Source: Bacteriovoracia bacterium
Lineage (GTDB): Bacteria > Bdellovibrionota > UBA1018 > CAIPTA01
Reading direction: 5' to 3'
DNA: 64,000 nucleotides
NCBI GenBank assembly: GCA_050246755.1
Contig: JBFWVL010000006.1
Span: 128,001 to 192,000, forward strand
In this document: positions 39,505 to 50,323 of the stretch, piece after piece
Numbering within the stretch: position 1 is the first letter of the stretch
How the letters are laid out: the number at the start of each line of letters is the position of its first letter
Notes under the pieces: generated by a model
Databases searched by the model: none
What the model saw: the letters and a program-made list of their open reading frames with translations, nothing else
What the model was told of the DNA's origin: nothing
Position numbers and translations under genes: made by a program

Positions 39505-40296
39505 ACTTCAGGGCGCGGGCAACGATGTGGTCGTTTTTTTTCGTAAGCACCTACCGCGCCCTCGGCTAGCCAAAGCGGCCTTCTTGCGCCGGATGGCGCA
39601 CCGGCAGCTTGGAATTGGTACCGACCAATTCGTGGAGGTGATCTCATTGCGCCCGCTCGCGGTGCAAATTTGGAACGCGGACGGTTCCACGGCCGAGATG
39701 TGCGCCAATGGAACACGTTCTTTTCTGTTTCTGGCGGCGGCCGAAAAATGGGTTAACGCACGGAGCGCGGAACTATCTCTACTTGTGTCCGGCAAAGGCT
39801 ACCATGCGAACCGTTTAGGAGCGGGGTACGAGTTATGCCTGGGTAAGCCGCAGATTGGGGAGCTCGAAAGCATCATTCTCGGGGAAGAAAGAATCCCCTT
39901 TCGGGCCGTTTCCACCGGAAACCCTCACGCCGTTATTTTTCACGGCGCGAAGGAGGGGGAATGGAAAGAGCCTTTAGATTTTTCCTATGTAGCTTATGGT
40001 CCCCGCATCGAAACGCATGCCCGATTTCCTAAGAAAACGAACGTGGAGTTTGTGCGTCGCCTGGAGAAAATAGGAACCCGAACGCAGATCCACGTGCAGG
40101 CCTGGGAGCGTGGAGCCGGCGCCACGCTTTCTTGCGGTAGCGGAGCGGTGGCGGTGGCTGCAGCCGTGCGTCGTTTGCAAGGCGGTGATTCGTTTGTGGT
40201 GAAAATGACGGACTTTGAGCTGCAGGTACGATTCGAGGGCGATCAGGCGTTCCTAAGCGGACCCTGCGCCCTCGTTGCTAAGGGTGAGTATTATAC

Positions 40297-40518
40297 CTAG
40301 TTGGCCCGCGCTAAAAGCGGGTTCATGTAGAGCCGGAAGGTTTTATCCTTGTTGCGGCGGATAGCGATATTGTCGTTCTCTTTCTCATGAACGAGTTGCT
40401 GGTATAGATCAGGGTCCGTGTTTTTCACGTCCTGTACGGACTGGCCACTATATTGGCCGAAGTCTACGATGACTTCGCTTTCTTCAATGACGCCGGTTAA
40501 CGGGCTCATGTTACTCAT
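40297..40518 (-). CDS. small hypothetical protein
   Basis: DFGQYSG motif; AAGGAG RBS. Confidence 0.7.
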   Translation of the reverse strand: MSNMSPLTGVIEESEVIVDFGQYSGQSVQDVKNTDPDLYQQLVHEKENDNIAIRRNKDKTFRLYMNPLLARAN

Positions 40519-40698
40519 ACGGTTCGAAAATTCTCCTTGGTTCTGACATCTGTTTCTCTACCACAATCCGTTTGCGGTAGCCTGAGTCAGTTAAGGTAAC
40601 GATACCGCAGCTGCGAATCACTGCACAAGGTCGCAGAAAACGTGATTAGAATCAGGCCCTTACAACGCATAACCCGAGTTAAATAATCGGGATATCTG

Positions 40699-41736
40699 TT
40701 AAAATAAGTATTGGATCCCGCCAAGGAATTGGTATTGGCCGGAACCGGTTAGAGCATCGTCAGCCTTGGTGAGCCGGCTTTCGTTGGCGTTCGGGTAGAT
40801 TCCGTAGCCGCCGCTATTCGATTGCGCCTGCTCGATTTTAGATTCTTGGCGCAGCAAGGGGAGGAAGTAGCGGAAGGTGGCGCCGAAGTTAATCGCGCGG
40901 CTGATACGGAATTTCACTCCCGCCGAACCGATACCGCCTAAAGTGCTTTGGCTAAGTGAACCACCACCGGTAGCGTAGGAGCCGTAGGTATTGGCCGCGC
41001 CATTTTCTTCTACGGTGCTCGCTTTCCAGCCAAGGCCCACGCCCAGATAGGGACGGAGGCGCTTGTAAGAATCCGTAAAATGGCCCTGAAACTCTCCGGA
41101 GATAAGGTGGCTACGAAGGGTGGCATCGTTCGCCGTGGCGTAGCCGTTATTCAGCGCGGGTGCCAGAGGGTCGGCCGAAGAGCGGGAGTCGAGATTGAGA
41201 TTAAGGTCTTGGCTGCTATAGGAATAGCCAAGCTCGAATCCGAAATTGTCGTCGATATTCGTGCCCACGTTGAGGCCGAGTCCGAGGGCCGAGCCCGCGC
41301 TTACGGAGCTCATGGTGCTGGCGCCGAGAAAGGCCCCTACATAAGTGGAATCGATCAATTCTTGGTGCTGGCGCGAACGCTCGCTTTCCCAATTGTCTTC
41401 GCGCTGGATGAGCCGGTTTTGCGGAGTGGCGATCTGTACCGTCATGGTCTCGGGAGGGGAGGGCATCTGCTGAACGGAAGGGTGGGGGGCGGAAGGCTCA
41501 TAGCGCATTGGGACGGCGCCGTAGCTGGTGGGGATAGGGGCGGCGGCCACGCTGGCCACTTGCACTGGATCACTCGCCTTGGTTTTGCCGCAGGTGGTGA
41601 GGTATTGCCCGTTAATAATTTGGTAGGAGCAGCCATCCGCGGTTTTTCCGCTCGCCGCTAACGCGGGAGAAAGCGCTGCCGTTAAACCCAAGCCCATCGA
41701 TAAGAAGAATATTTTTTTCATTACGCAGCGCAACAT
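40699..41736 (-). CDS. outer membrane beta-barrel protein with Pro-rich N-terminal region
   Basis: Signal peptide, FELGYSY, RPYLGVGLGW, terminal GIQYLF. Confidence 0.8.
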   Translation of the reverse strand: MLRCVMKKIFFLSMGLGLTAALSPALAASGKTADGCSYQIINGQYLTTCGKTKASDPVQVASVAAAPIPTSYGAVPMRYEPSAPHPSVQQMPSPPETMTVQIATPQNRLIQREDNWESERSRQHQELIDSTYVGAFLGASTMSSVSAGSALGLGLNVGTNIDDNFGFELGYSYSSQDLNLNLDSRSSADPLAPALNNGYATANDATLRSHLISGEFQGHFTDSYKRLRPYLGVGLGWKASTVEENGAANTYGSYATGGGSLSQSTLGGIGSAGVKFRISRAINFGATFRYFLPLLRQESKIEQAQSNSGGYGIYPNANESRLTKADDALTGSGQYQFLGGIQYLF

Positions 41737-41843
41737 ATCCGATGTTGATTATATAAGTCAACTAAACCCTAGGCTTTTTTCGTTGGCCCGCGTTGCCGGG
41801 GAACACTTGACCTGCGCCCGGCCGGGCCGTATTTCTGGAACAG

Positions 41844-42788
41844 ATGAAAAAGACTGGGAAAAAAGCGGAAGACAACCTCCCGCAAATCGTGTCTCCTAAG
41901 CTCCCAGCGGTACGCCCCAAGGGCGAACTGGTGGCAAAGGATCCGCTCCAGCGCTACCTCCACGATCTCCGTAAATACGAAGTGATGAGTCCGGAAGAGC
42001 AGCAGGAGCTCGCGGTGAAGTTCCGCGAGACGGGGGACCTGGAGCTTGCCAAACGCCTGGTCACCACGAATCTTCGGCTCGTGGTGAAAATCGCCCTCGA
42101 GTACCGCAGCGCCTACAACAACGTTTTGGATTTGATCCAAGAGGGAAATGTGGGGCTAATGAAGGCGGTATCGAACTACGATCCCTATAAGGGAACGCGG
42201 CTTTCCTACTATGCTTCCTGGTGGATTCGTTCCTATATCTTGAAATTTCTCCTCGATAATTTCCGCTTGGTGAAAGTGGGCACCACCCAGGCCCAGAAGA
42301 AACTTTTCTATAATTTGATGCGCGAAAAAGAGCGGCTGGAATCCCAGGGCATCACCGCCGGATCCAAGCTTTTGGCGTCTAATCTCAACGTGAAAGAGAA
42401 GGACGTGAATGAGATGAGCCTCCGCCTTTCGAGCAAAGGTGGAGAATACTCTCTAGACCAGCCTTTTGGCGACGGTGATAAGCGGAGCCCGATGGATGCG
42501 CTCGAGGATACGGCCGAGGCGGTAGATGCCTCGCTGGCCCAGGAACAGCTGAAAAATATATTATCGGACCACATCGCGGAGTTCGTGCAAACGCTCAACG
42601 AAAAGGAGCGGATTGTGTTTAAGGAGCGTCTCATGAACGATGAGCCGCAAACCCTCCAGGAAGTAGCGGATCAGTTTGGAATCACTCGCGAACGCGCGCG
42701 ACAGATCGAGTCAAAAGTAGTGGAAAAGCTTCGAAAACATATGAGTTTGCACATGGATGGGATCGAAATCGCGCCGCCGCGAAAATAG
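41844..42788 (+). CDS. rpoH: RNA polymerase sigma factor, RpoH/sigma32 family
   Basis: NLRLVVKIA, DLIQEGNVGLMKAV, RpoH box TTQAQKKLFYNL, TRERARQIE. Confidence 0.88.
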   Translation: MKKTGKKAEDNLPQIVSPKLPAVRPKGELVAKDPLQRYLHDLRKYEVMSPEEQQELAVKFRETGDLELAKRLVTTNLRLVVKIALEYRSAYNNVLDLIQEGNVGLMKAVSNYDPYKGTRLSYYASWWIRSYILKFLLDNFRLVKVGTTQAQKKLFYNLMREKERLESQGITAGSKLLASNLNVKEKDVNEMSLRLSSKGGEYSLDQPFGDGDKRSPMDALEDTAEAVDASLAQEQLKNILSDHIAEFVQTLNEKERIVFKERLMNDEPQTLQEVADQFGITRERARQIESKVVEKLRKHMSLHMDGIEIAPPRK

Positions 42789-42926
42789 GCGAGGCCGATG
42801 GTCTTGGGCGGTTCGCGCTTAGCGGTTATTGCCGCTGATTTTGTTGATAAAACCATCTTGCACCCTGTTTTGGGGCGTGTTACGAAATCCAACAAATAAA
42901 TAGCTGAAAGAAATAGGAATTCGAAA

Positions 42927-43184
42927 ATGATCGCCAAACAAGAAACCATCCAAAAACACGCTCGCGGTGCCAAAGATACCGGTTCTCCAGAAGTTCAGGT
43001 TGCCCTGCTCACTGGCCGTATCAACCACCTCACCGACCACTTCAAAACCCATAAAAAAGATCACCACGGCCGCCGTGGCCTTCTCAATATGGTGAGCAAG
43101 CGCCGCCGCCTGCTCGACTACCTCAAGGGCAAAGACGAAAGTCGCTATACCGCTCTTCTCTCCAAGCTCGACCTACGTAAGTAA
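42927..43184 (+). CDS. rpsO: 30S ribosomal protein S15
   Basis: [24 protein letters not shown]. Confidence 0.98.
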   Translation: MIAKQETIQKHARGAKDTGSPEVQVALLTGRINHLTDHFKTHKKDHHGRRGLLNMVSKRRRLLDYLKGKDESRYTALLSKLDLRK

Positions 43185-43276
43185 GCGCGACGCTCTTAAC
43201 CTAACCAAAAATAATTTGGGAAGCGGGGCCGCAGTGTGTTCAGAAACACCCGCGGCCAGCCTCCAGACAGGACTCC

Positions 43277-45385
43277 ATGCTCAATAAGAAAATTACCGTA
43301 AGCTGTGATTTCGGCGGACGCCCAATCACGATCGAAACCGGCCGTATGGCCAAGCAAGCCAACGGCTCCGTAGTGGTGACGTACGGCGAAACCGTAGTGC
43401 TCGTGACCGCCACGGGCTCCAAAAAACCCAAGCCGGGACAAAGTTTCTTTCCCCTCACCGTAGACTATATCGAGAAATACTACGCGGCCGGTAAATTCCC
43501 CGGCGGCTTTTTCAAGCGCGAAACCCGGCCCAGCAATGATGCCGTGCTCACTTCCCGTATCATTGACCGCCCGATCCGCCCTCTTTTCCCGGAAGGTTAC
43601 TTGAACGATGTGCACGTGGTGGCCACCGTCCTCTCGGTGGACACTGAGAACGATCCCGATATCGCCGCTTCGCTTGGCGCTTCAGCCGCGCTTTCGCTCT
43701 CCGATATTCCTTTCGCCGGCCCTACGGCCGCCGTGCGCGTAGGCCGCGTAAAGGGCAGAATCGTGATCAACCCCACGATGGCGCAGCAGAAAGAGTCCGA
43801 TATCGAAGTGGTGGTTACCGGCACTGAAAAAGCCATCATGATGGTGGAGGGCGGCGCCCAGGAAGTTTCCGAAGCCGATTTGCTCGAGGCCATCCTCGAA
43901 GGCCATCGCGCCATCCAGCCCCTGATCGCCATGCAGCGGAAGCTGCAAGCCGAACACGGCAAAGCCAAAATTGAATTCGTTCCCGCCGCGATCGACGAAA
44001 GCCTCAAGAAGGCAATCGGCGCTTTTTCGGGCCAGGTTACCGAGGCGTTCGCGATTCGCGAAAAAGCGCTTCGCTACGGTGCGCTCAGCAAAGTGGGCGA
44101 AGAGGCCATGCTGAAGGCCCTCGCGGGCGTTCCTGAGGCGGAATTGGCCGCGAAGAAAAAAGAAGCCGAAGGCCACTTTGAGAACCTGAAGTACAGCGTA
44201 ATGCGCGAGATGGTGCTCACGGGCAAGCGTCTCGATGGCCGCCCCCTTACCCAAGTTCGTGAGATCGAATGTGAAGCCGGCGTTCTGCCTAAGGTTCACG
44301 GCTCGAGCTTGTTTACCCGCGGTGAAACCCAGGTTCTCTGCGTGGTTACCCTCGGTACCAAAGACGACGAACAGCTCTACGATCCTCTCCGCGCTCCCCA
44401 GAGCTCGAAGAAGTTCATGCTGCACTATAACTTCCCTCCCTTCTCGGTGGGTGAAGCTGGTTTCATGCGTGCCCCCGGCCGCCGCGAAGTAGGTCACGGG
44501 GCTCTCGCCGAACGCGCTATCGAAGCGATGATTCCGGACGCCACGAAGTTCCCGTATACCACTCGCTTGGTATGCGAAACGCTCGAGTCGAACGGTTCCT
44601 CCTCCATGGGCTCGGTTTGCTCCGCTTCCATGGCGCTGATGGATGCCGGCGTTCCTTTCCCGAAACCAGTAGCGGGTATCGCCATGGGTCTCGTGAAAGA
44701 GGGCAGCCGCGTGGCGGTTCTCTCCGATATCTTGGGCGACGAAGATCACTTGGGCGATATGGACTTCAAGGTAGCCGGAACCAAAGACGGCGTAACCGCG
44801 ATCCAGATGGATATTAAGATTGAAGGCGTGGACGAGAACATCATGCGTACCGCCCTCAAGCAGGCGTTCGATGGACGTATTCATATCCTCGGCGAAATGG
44901 CCAAGGCGATCAATACTCCTCGTTCCGACATCAACAAGAACGCTCCCCGCATTATCACCATGACCATCAAGCAGGATAAGATTCGCGAAGTAATCGGCTC
45001 GGGTGGTAAAGTAATCCGCGGAATCATCGAGAGCACCGGCGCGAAGATCGACATCAACGACGACGGCGTGATCAATATCGCTTCCTCCGATCTCGAGGCG
45101 GCTCGCAAGGCCGTGGCGATGATCGAATCCATCGTGGAAGAAGTGGAAATCGGCAAGGTTTATACCGGTAAAGTTCGCAAGATCATGGATTTCGGCGCTT
45201 TCGTGGAAGTAACTCCCGGAAACGACGGCCTCCTTCACATTTCCGAGATTTCGAACGAGCGCGTGATGAAAGTTACCGACGTTCTGAAAGAAGGCGACGT
45301 GATCGACGTGAAGGTTCTCGATATCGACCGTCAGGGCAAAATGCGCTTATCCCGTAAAGTGCTCCTCGGCGCTCCCAAAACCTAG
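43277..45385 (+). CDS. pnp: polyribonucleotide nucleotidyltransferase
   Basis: IETGRMAKQA, FTRGETQ, ESNGSSSM, DHLGDMDFKVAG, KH and S1 domains. Confidence 0.98.
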   Translation: MLNKKITVSCDFGGRPITIETGRMAKQANGSVVVTYGETVVLVTATGSKKPKPGQSFFPLTVDYIEKYYAAGKFPGGFFKRETRPSNDAVLTSRIIDRPIRPLFPEGYLNDVHVVATVLSVDTENDPDIAASLGASAALSLSDIPFAGPTAAVRVGRVKGRIVINPTMAQQKESDIEVVVTGTEKAIMMVEGGAQEVSEADLLEAILEGHRAIQPLIAMQRKLQAEHGKAKIEFVPAAIDESLKKAIGAFSGQVTEAFAIREKALRYGALSKVGEEAMLKALAGVPEAELAAKKKEAEGHFENLKYSVMREMVLTGKRLDGRPLTQVREIECEAGVLPKVHGSSLFTRGETQVLCVVTLGTKDDEQLYDPLRAPQSSKKFMLHYNFPPFSVGEAGFMRAPGRREVGHGALAERAIEAMIPDATKFPYTTRLVCETLESNGSSSMGSVCSASMALMDAGVPFPKPVAGIAMGLVKEGSRVAVLSDILGDEDHLGDMDFKVAGTKDGVTAIQMDIKIEGVDENIMRTALKQAFDGRIHILGEMAKAINTPRSDINKNAPRIITMTIKQDKIREVIGSGGKVIRGIIESTGAKIDINDDGVINIASSDLEAARKAVAMIESIVEEVEIGKVYTGKVRKIMDFGAFVEVTPGNDGLLHISEISNERVMKVTDVLKEGDVIDVKVLDIDRQGKMRLSRKVLLGAPKT

Positions 45386-45405
45386 TTCGGGTCCTTGACG
45401 AAAAT

Positions 45406-45445
45406 AAGGGCGTGGTCACCTCGGTGACTGCGCCTTTTTCTTTTT
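45406..45445 (+). terminator. intrinsic terminator after pnp
   Basis: GGCGTGGTCACC-TC-GGTGACTGCGCC plus T tract. Confidence 0.8.
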
Positions 45446-45529
45446 AAGTTCACTACTTAGCAGCTTTATAAATGATTTCAATTTCTATCCGCCGTGATGT
45501 ATACCAGTCCGGCCCTGGGAGGGATCATC

Positions 45530-46168
45530 ATGAAATTCATCGTTTTATCGTTGTTCACAATCGCAATATTTTCCGTTCCGGCCTTCGCCGAAACTGGAAG
45601 CTTCATTAAACTACTCGACGGGAAATTCGCGGTTTGCGAAGGCGAAAAGAATCTGGGCCGCGGAGCTTACCTTCCTAACGGCTTATCCACCAAGGCAGAC
45701 GGTGGCGCTCTTTCCATAGTATTCGTGCTTCAGCATTTAAGGTGCGAGCAGCTCGGTAACGCATTCGTTTGGATGCCCTCCGCGCACCCTCTTGATCCCG
45801 TGGCCGACAAAGATATTTACGATCGCCCGATTTTAGTGAAGCGTGCCAATTCCGAAGCGGTACTGTCGCGCGGAGCCGACGCCGCAATCTTGAGCACGGT
45901 TGCGCTCGAAGATTCCGCGGAGCAATCGATCGATTTTGGATTCAGTCTCGAGCAGCTGCTCAGCCCGGCGGAACTCGGTGCCCTGGATTCCGGCGACGCC
46001 GTCGACGCCAAGGCCACGTTTTTCGTGCGCGGAGATATCTCGGTGCAGACCCATACGGGCGAAACCGTGGTGCTCGGGCGCCGGGCCGGCGGGGCCTATA
46101 CGATCCTCCTTACGATGAAAAAGGCCGATTCCGGCCAAGTTCAGGTGACGAACCTGCAACTGAAATAG
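45530..46168 (+). CDS. secreted hypothetical protein
   Basis: GGGAGG RBS, signal peptide ending AFA. Confidence 0.72.
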   Translation: MKFIVLSLFTIAIFSVPAFAETGSFIKLLDGKFAVCEGEKNLGRGAYLPNGLSTKADGGALSIVFVLQHLRCEQLGNAFVWMPSAHPLDPVADKDIYDRPILVKRANSEAVLSRGADAAILSTVALEDSAEQSIDFGFSLEQLLSPAELGALDSGDAVDAKATFFVRGDISVQTHTGETVVLGRRAGGAYTILLTMKKADSGQVQVTNLQLK

Positions 46169-46241
46169 CCAAGCTTCTCCGGTTACCAGGTATTGGCGCT
46201 CGCGCATTGCTCAGTGCTTTGCGCATCCGCTACAATATTCC

Positions 46242-47525
46242 ATGGCGAAGAAGAATTTTTACCAGCGAAGCGTGCTTCAGAACGGTGTGGTGCTGCTTAC
46301 CGAGCGGGCCGCTAATTTCAAAAGTCTATCGATCGGCGTGTGGGTAAAGGGAGGCTCGCGGCACGAGTCGCCTTCCCAGGCGGGCATGGCGCATTTTCTA
46401 GAGCACATGATGTTCAAGGGCACCGGCAAGCGCACCGCGCTCGATATTGCCCGCGACGTGGATCTGGTAGGCGGTGATTTCAACGCCATGACCACGCGGG
46501 AATATACTTGTTTCCATCTTACCTTGCCTCATAAAGAAGCCGATTTCGCCCTCGATTTACTTACGGATATTTTGAAGGATTCGCGTTTTGATCCGGTGGA
46601 GCTCGAGCGCGAGCGCCTCGTGGTGCTCCAGGAATTCGCGATGGTGGAAGAGAGCCCGGAGGAATGGGTGCACGAAGTGCTGTTCGATAAAGCTTTCGGC
46701 CGCCACCCGCTGGGTCGCCCGATCCTTGGCACCGAGGCCGTGCTGAAGTCCTTCACGCGCGAAGACGTAAAGAAGTATTTCGAGCAGCATTACTTCAGTA
46801 AAAATATCGTGATCACAATGGCGGGAGACCTGCGCCACGATGTGGTGGAGCGCAAGCTCAATAAGTTGCTGGGAAAATTTCGCGGCAAGAAACGCCCGAT
46901 TCCCTCGGGCAGCATGCGGAAGCCTAAGTTCCATCCCGGCGTTCACCTTATCCGCCGCGATACCGATCAGGCCCACATCACGCTGGCCTGCGAAAGCTAT
47001 CCTATCGACCATAAAAATCGTTTAGCCGCGTTTTTGCTCAACGCCTACCTTGGCGGGAACATGAGCTCGGTGCTTTGGCAGGAGATCCGCGAGAAGCGCG
47101 GGTTCGCCTACACCGTCTATTCTTCGCTCGCCCATTTCAGTGATACGGGCCTTCTCGGTATGTACGTGGCTACCAGCCCCAAGCAAGTGCCCGAGTGCTT
47201 GCAGCTGATTCGCGAGCAGCTGCAAAAGTTAGTGAGCGCGCCGATCGACGAGCGCGATCTCCAGATCGCCAAAAACAGCGTAAAGAGCGCCGTGTTGATG
47301 GGCAGTGATTCGATGGAAGCGCGGATGTATACGCTGGCCAAGAGCGAGCTGTTTTATCCAAATCAGGTGAGCGACGAGGAGATCTGCAGGATGATCGACC
47401 AAGTTACCGCACTCGACCTGTGGCGTGTTGCCCGTGAGCTGTTTGGTCGGGATCGTTGGTTGATCGTGGCTCTCGGAAAACTGAACAAGAGCGTACTTAC
47501 TAAGAATTTTCTGAAGAGTAAGTGA
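46242..47525 (+). CDS. M16 family zinc peptidase
   Basis: HFLEHMMFKGT (HxxEH), NAMT.RE, EIREKRG.AY. Confidence 0.93.
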   Translation: MAKKNFYQRSVLQNGVVLLTERAANFKSLSIGVWVKGGSRHESPSQAGMAHFLEHMMFKGTGKRTALDIARDVDLVGGDFNAMTTREYTCFHLTLPHKEADFALDLLTDILKDSRFDPVELERERLVVLQEFAMVEESPEEWVHEVLFDKAFGRHPLGRPILGTEAVLKSFTREDVKKYFEQHYFSKNIVITMAGDLRHDVVERKLNKLLGKFRGKKRPIPSGSMRKPKFHPGVHLIRRDTDQAHITLACESYPIDHKNRLAAFLLNAYLGGNMSSVLWQEIREKRGFAYTVYSSLAHFSDTGLLGMYVATSPKQVPECLQLIREQLQKLVSAPIDERDLQIAKNSVKSAVLMGSDSMEARMYTLAKSELFYPNQVSDEEICRMIDQVTALDLWRVARELFGRDRWLIVALGKLNKSVLTKNFLKSK

Positions 47526-47619
47526 CGCAACCGGATTCGTTGATCGTCTTACAGAACAAATGCAAAAGCTGACACCGTTTTTAGTTGCAGGGAAGTGGGA
47601 AGCCTTTAGCATTAGAACT

Positions 47620-48114
47620 ATGAAAAGGACTTTCTGTCTCTTGGCCACGATGGCCTTTTTCGCCATCCCCGAGCAAGGCCACGCGAAAGCCTCTCCCCTC
47701 AAGCAAGTACGCCTGGAATATATCCAAACTTATGTGGAAGAAGCCGCGGCCAAAGAAAGGCTGGAGCCCACTTTGCTGAGCGCGATTATCCGCGTGGAGT
47801 CGAATTTCAATCATAAGGCCGTCTCGCCGGTGGGAGCGAAGGGGCTGATGCAGCTCATGCCTTTTACCGCTAAGGGCTTAGGAAAAGATAAGGCCCTGGA
47901 TTCGCGGAATCCGCGCGCGAATATTTTGGCCGGGGCCCACTACTTGCGGGGCCTGATCAACCAGTTTCAGGGTGACCTGCGCTTGGCTGTGGCGGCCTAT
48001 AACGCCGGCCCCAATGCCGTGCTCCGGCATGGCGGGATTCCTCCTTACCGTGAGACCCAAAACTACGTAACGAAGGTAATGGGGGAATGGGAGAAGTTAA
48101 GGCTGGCTCAGTAA
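47620..48114 (+). CDS. SLT-domain lytic transglycosylase
   Basis: VESNF..AVS..GAKGLMQLMP, AAYNAG, ETQNYV. Confidence 0.93.
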   Translation: MKRTFCLLATMAFFAIPEQGHAKASPLKQVRLEYIQTYVEEAAAKERLEPTLLSAIIRVESNFNHKAVSPVGAKGLMQLMPFTAKGLGKDKALDSRNPRANILAGAHYLRGLINQFQGDLRLAVAAYNAGPNAVLRHGGIPPYRETQNYVTKVMGEWEKLRLAQ

Positions 48115-48136
48115 GGAACTACTTTCGTTTCGCACC

Positions 48137-48176
48137 AATAAAAAAGCTCGCTGGGAAACCAGCGAGCTTTTTTATT
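48137..48176. terminator. bidirectional intrinsic terminator
   Basis: AATAAAAAAGCTCGCTGG-GAAA-CCAGCGAGCTTTTTTATT. Confidence 0.9.
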
Positions 48177-48189
48177 TTAGGCAGGAGGC

Positions 48190-48894
48190 TTACTTCTTCT
48201 GCTGCTTTTTCTTCCAGATAAAGAAACCACCGCCGCCCACGACCGCGATGATCAGGAGGATCAGCATGCCGGCATCGCCGCCGCCGCCGGTGGCTTTCTT
48301 GGGTTTCCCTTCAGCCCCGCCAGCATTAAATACTACATCGCCGGCATTCGGGGTATCGCCCCCCGTGGTGGCGTTGGGCTCACCAGGCTTGCGGAATGCG
48401 CGCATGCTCTTGGTCATGTTCTCGATATCGGGCGCATACTCGTCGAACTTATCTTTGCGCACGCTGAACGTAACGAGAATACCGAGGTCGGATTCTACGG
48501 TGGCCAAGTAGCGGGTGTAGAAGTCGGGAATCTCGGAGGCGAGGTGCAAGGAGTCCACCCAGGGCTTGCCGGAGATATCGAGTTCTTTTACGTAACGGGG
48601 CTCGGAAACGATTTTTTCGCCATTCAGTGAATCGTACTGGGCCGGCTTCTCTAAATGAGCTTTATATACGGCTAGTTCGTCCATTCCGGCTTTTTTTATC
48701 TTGGCCGCGAGCACGATGATCGCATCACGCTTCTTTTGCTCATCCGTGCTTTGGCAAACCCACTCCGTGCCATCGAGCTGGCATTCCCATTTTTCGGGAA
48801 GTTGAAACTCGATGAACTGGTTAGCGAAGGTTTTCGCCCAGGAATTAACGGGGAGGAGAACGGCCACCACTAAAAGCGCGTAAATCTTTTTCAT
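48190..48894 (-). CDS. exported protein with C-terminal TM anchor
   Basis: Signal peptide, WEC..WVC, Gly-rich linker, terminal TM plus Lys cluster. Confidence 0.75.
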   Translation of the reverse strand: MKKIYALLVVAVLLPVNSWAKTFANQFIEFQLPEKWECQLDGTEWVCQSTDEQKKRDAIIVLAAKIKKAGMDELAVYKAHLEKPAQYDSLNGEKIVSEPRYVKELDISGKPWVDSLHLASEIPDFYTRYLATVESDLGILVTFSVRKDKFDEYAPDIENMTKSMRAFRKPGEPNATTGGDTPNAGDVVFNAGGAEGKPKKATGGGGDAGMLILLIIAVVGGGGFFIWKKKQQKK

Positions 48895-48978
48895 ATTAGT
48901 AGGTTATGGTCCGATTAAATGCTTAGCAAGCCGAAAATTATTGGAAGGAAAAGAGTTACGGAAGCGTTTGAGCTTTTT

Positions 48979-50277
48979 CTATTCTTCGATGATAACGCGG
49001 CGCGCTTCCTGGCCGGGTTGAATGATAATTTCTTCGTTTAATTTTTGTTCTACACGCAAAAAGGATTCGTTGGGCCGGGCCACCACGATACGCGAAATGG
49101 CGATTGGTTTACGCGGTTCTCCGTCGAGCTGATCCTGAGGAAAGATCTGAAAGTTATCTCCGGCTTTGAGGCCCTCCGCCGAACCGATGGCGATCTTGAA
49201 AAAATTTCCTTGGCCCGAAACCTTAATGATCGTGGCGGAGGCGCCGTAATGCAGAACGGGTTTCTTTTTATATCGTTCCGGTTCTTGCTGGAGCTTCGCG
49301 ATTTGCTGCTTGCGGTATTCCTCGTAGCGAATTTCGGGAACTTGGTAGGGCCGCCATACTAGGCCGAGCCCACCGCCCACGCCCTTGGCCGCGGCCACCC
49401 CGGAGGTAGTGAAGATTCCGCCGGCCACCATTTCCCATTGCTTGGAAAGAAGGAAGCCCGTGCCGAGAGTGACGGTGCGCAGGGTGGGGGAGTCGCTCTT
49501 GAAGAGGAGGCTACCGTCGGCAAAGGCGTCGAGCTGCGTGGGATTCGTGTTGTAGGGAGATTTGGTAAATCCTTCCCAGGATTGCATGTCGGCCCAAAAG
49601 CGCATTCCGCTTTGATTGGTGAGGGACACGTCGGCGCGGATATTCCAAGGGAGAGCGGCCGAATAACCGGCCGTGCGATAGGTATAGCCAAGCGATCCGC
49701 TAAGGGCGAGCCAGTCGTTGGCGTACCAGGCGAGGCGGCCGAGACCGGTGAAGTCGTTGCTTTGTTCGCCGAGCGGCGGCTTTCCCTGCATGGCTTGGTC
49801 GTAGAGAGGGAAATTCCAAGTTCCTTCGGCCACCAGCATCCAGGAGTTAGGGGCCCACTCGGTAGGATACACCCGGTCGGAAACGCGGCTGCGATAGAGA
49901 AGCCAGCGCATGCCGAGCATCACGTCTCCCAGGCCGTAGTTATCGGCGTCGGAAACGTTGCTAGCGTTCGAGTTCACCACGAACAGGCCCCGCGCGTCGA
50001 ACTGTGCAAACAAGCTTACTTTAGGGGCGAATCCGTACCCCACGTGGAAGCGCGCGTTGGTATAGCGGACGTGTTCGAGGTTGGGCGGGGAAACTACTTG
50101 CCCGGCTTTATCGTAGTTTTCCTTGGTGAGGAAATAGGTGCCGTCCAAACTTACGTGCGTGGCCCCTTCTCCGAGGAGCCAGAATCGCGGCACGTCGGTA
50201 ATGGGCCATGGTTGACCCAAGGCGAAGCCCGATAGGGGAAAGAAAAAGAGGGCAATGATCAGCAGGTGCTTGCACAT
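48979..50277 (-). CDS. putative outer membrane barrel protein with C-terminal beta domain
   Basis: Signal peptide, GLGDVMLGMRW, amphipathic strands, C-terminal G..EGLKAGD.F pattern. Confidence 0.6.
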   Translation of the reverse strand: MCKHLLIIALFFFPLSGFALGQPWPITDVPRFWLLGEGATHVSLDGTYFLTKENYDKAGQVVSPPNLEHVRYTNARFHVGYGFAPKVSLFAQFDARGLFVVNSNASNVSDADNYGLGDVMLGMRWLLYRSRVSDRVYPTEWAPNSWMLVAEGTWNFPLYDQAMQGKPPLGEQSNDFTGLGRLAWYANDWLALSGSLGYTYRTAGYSAALPWNIRADVSLTNQSGMRFWADMQSWEGFTKSPYNTNPTQLDAFADGSLLFKSDSPTLRTVTLGTGFLLSKQWEMVAGGIFTTSGVAAAKGVGGGLGLVWRPYQVPEIRYEEYRKQQIAKLQQEPERYKKKPVLHYGASATIIKVSGQGNFFKIAIGSAEGLKAGDNFQIFPQDQLDGEPRKPIAISRIVVARPNESFLRVEQKLNEEIIIQPGQEARRVIIEE

Positions 50278-50323
50278 TTGCCCTAATCATAATGGAAAGA
50301 CGGGTTTGCGTCGACAGCGGCGA

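Noticed and set aside
43682-45238. 518-aa minus-strand ORF
   Set aside because: Antisense shadow of pnp caused by codon bias; no recognisable motifs
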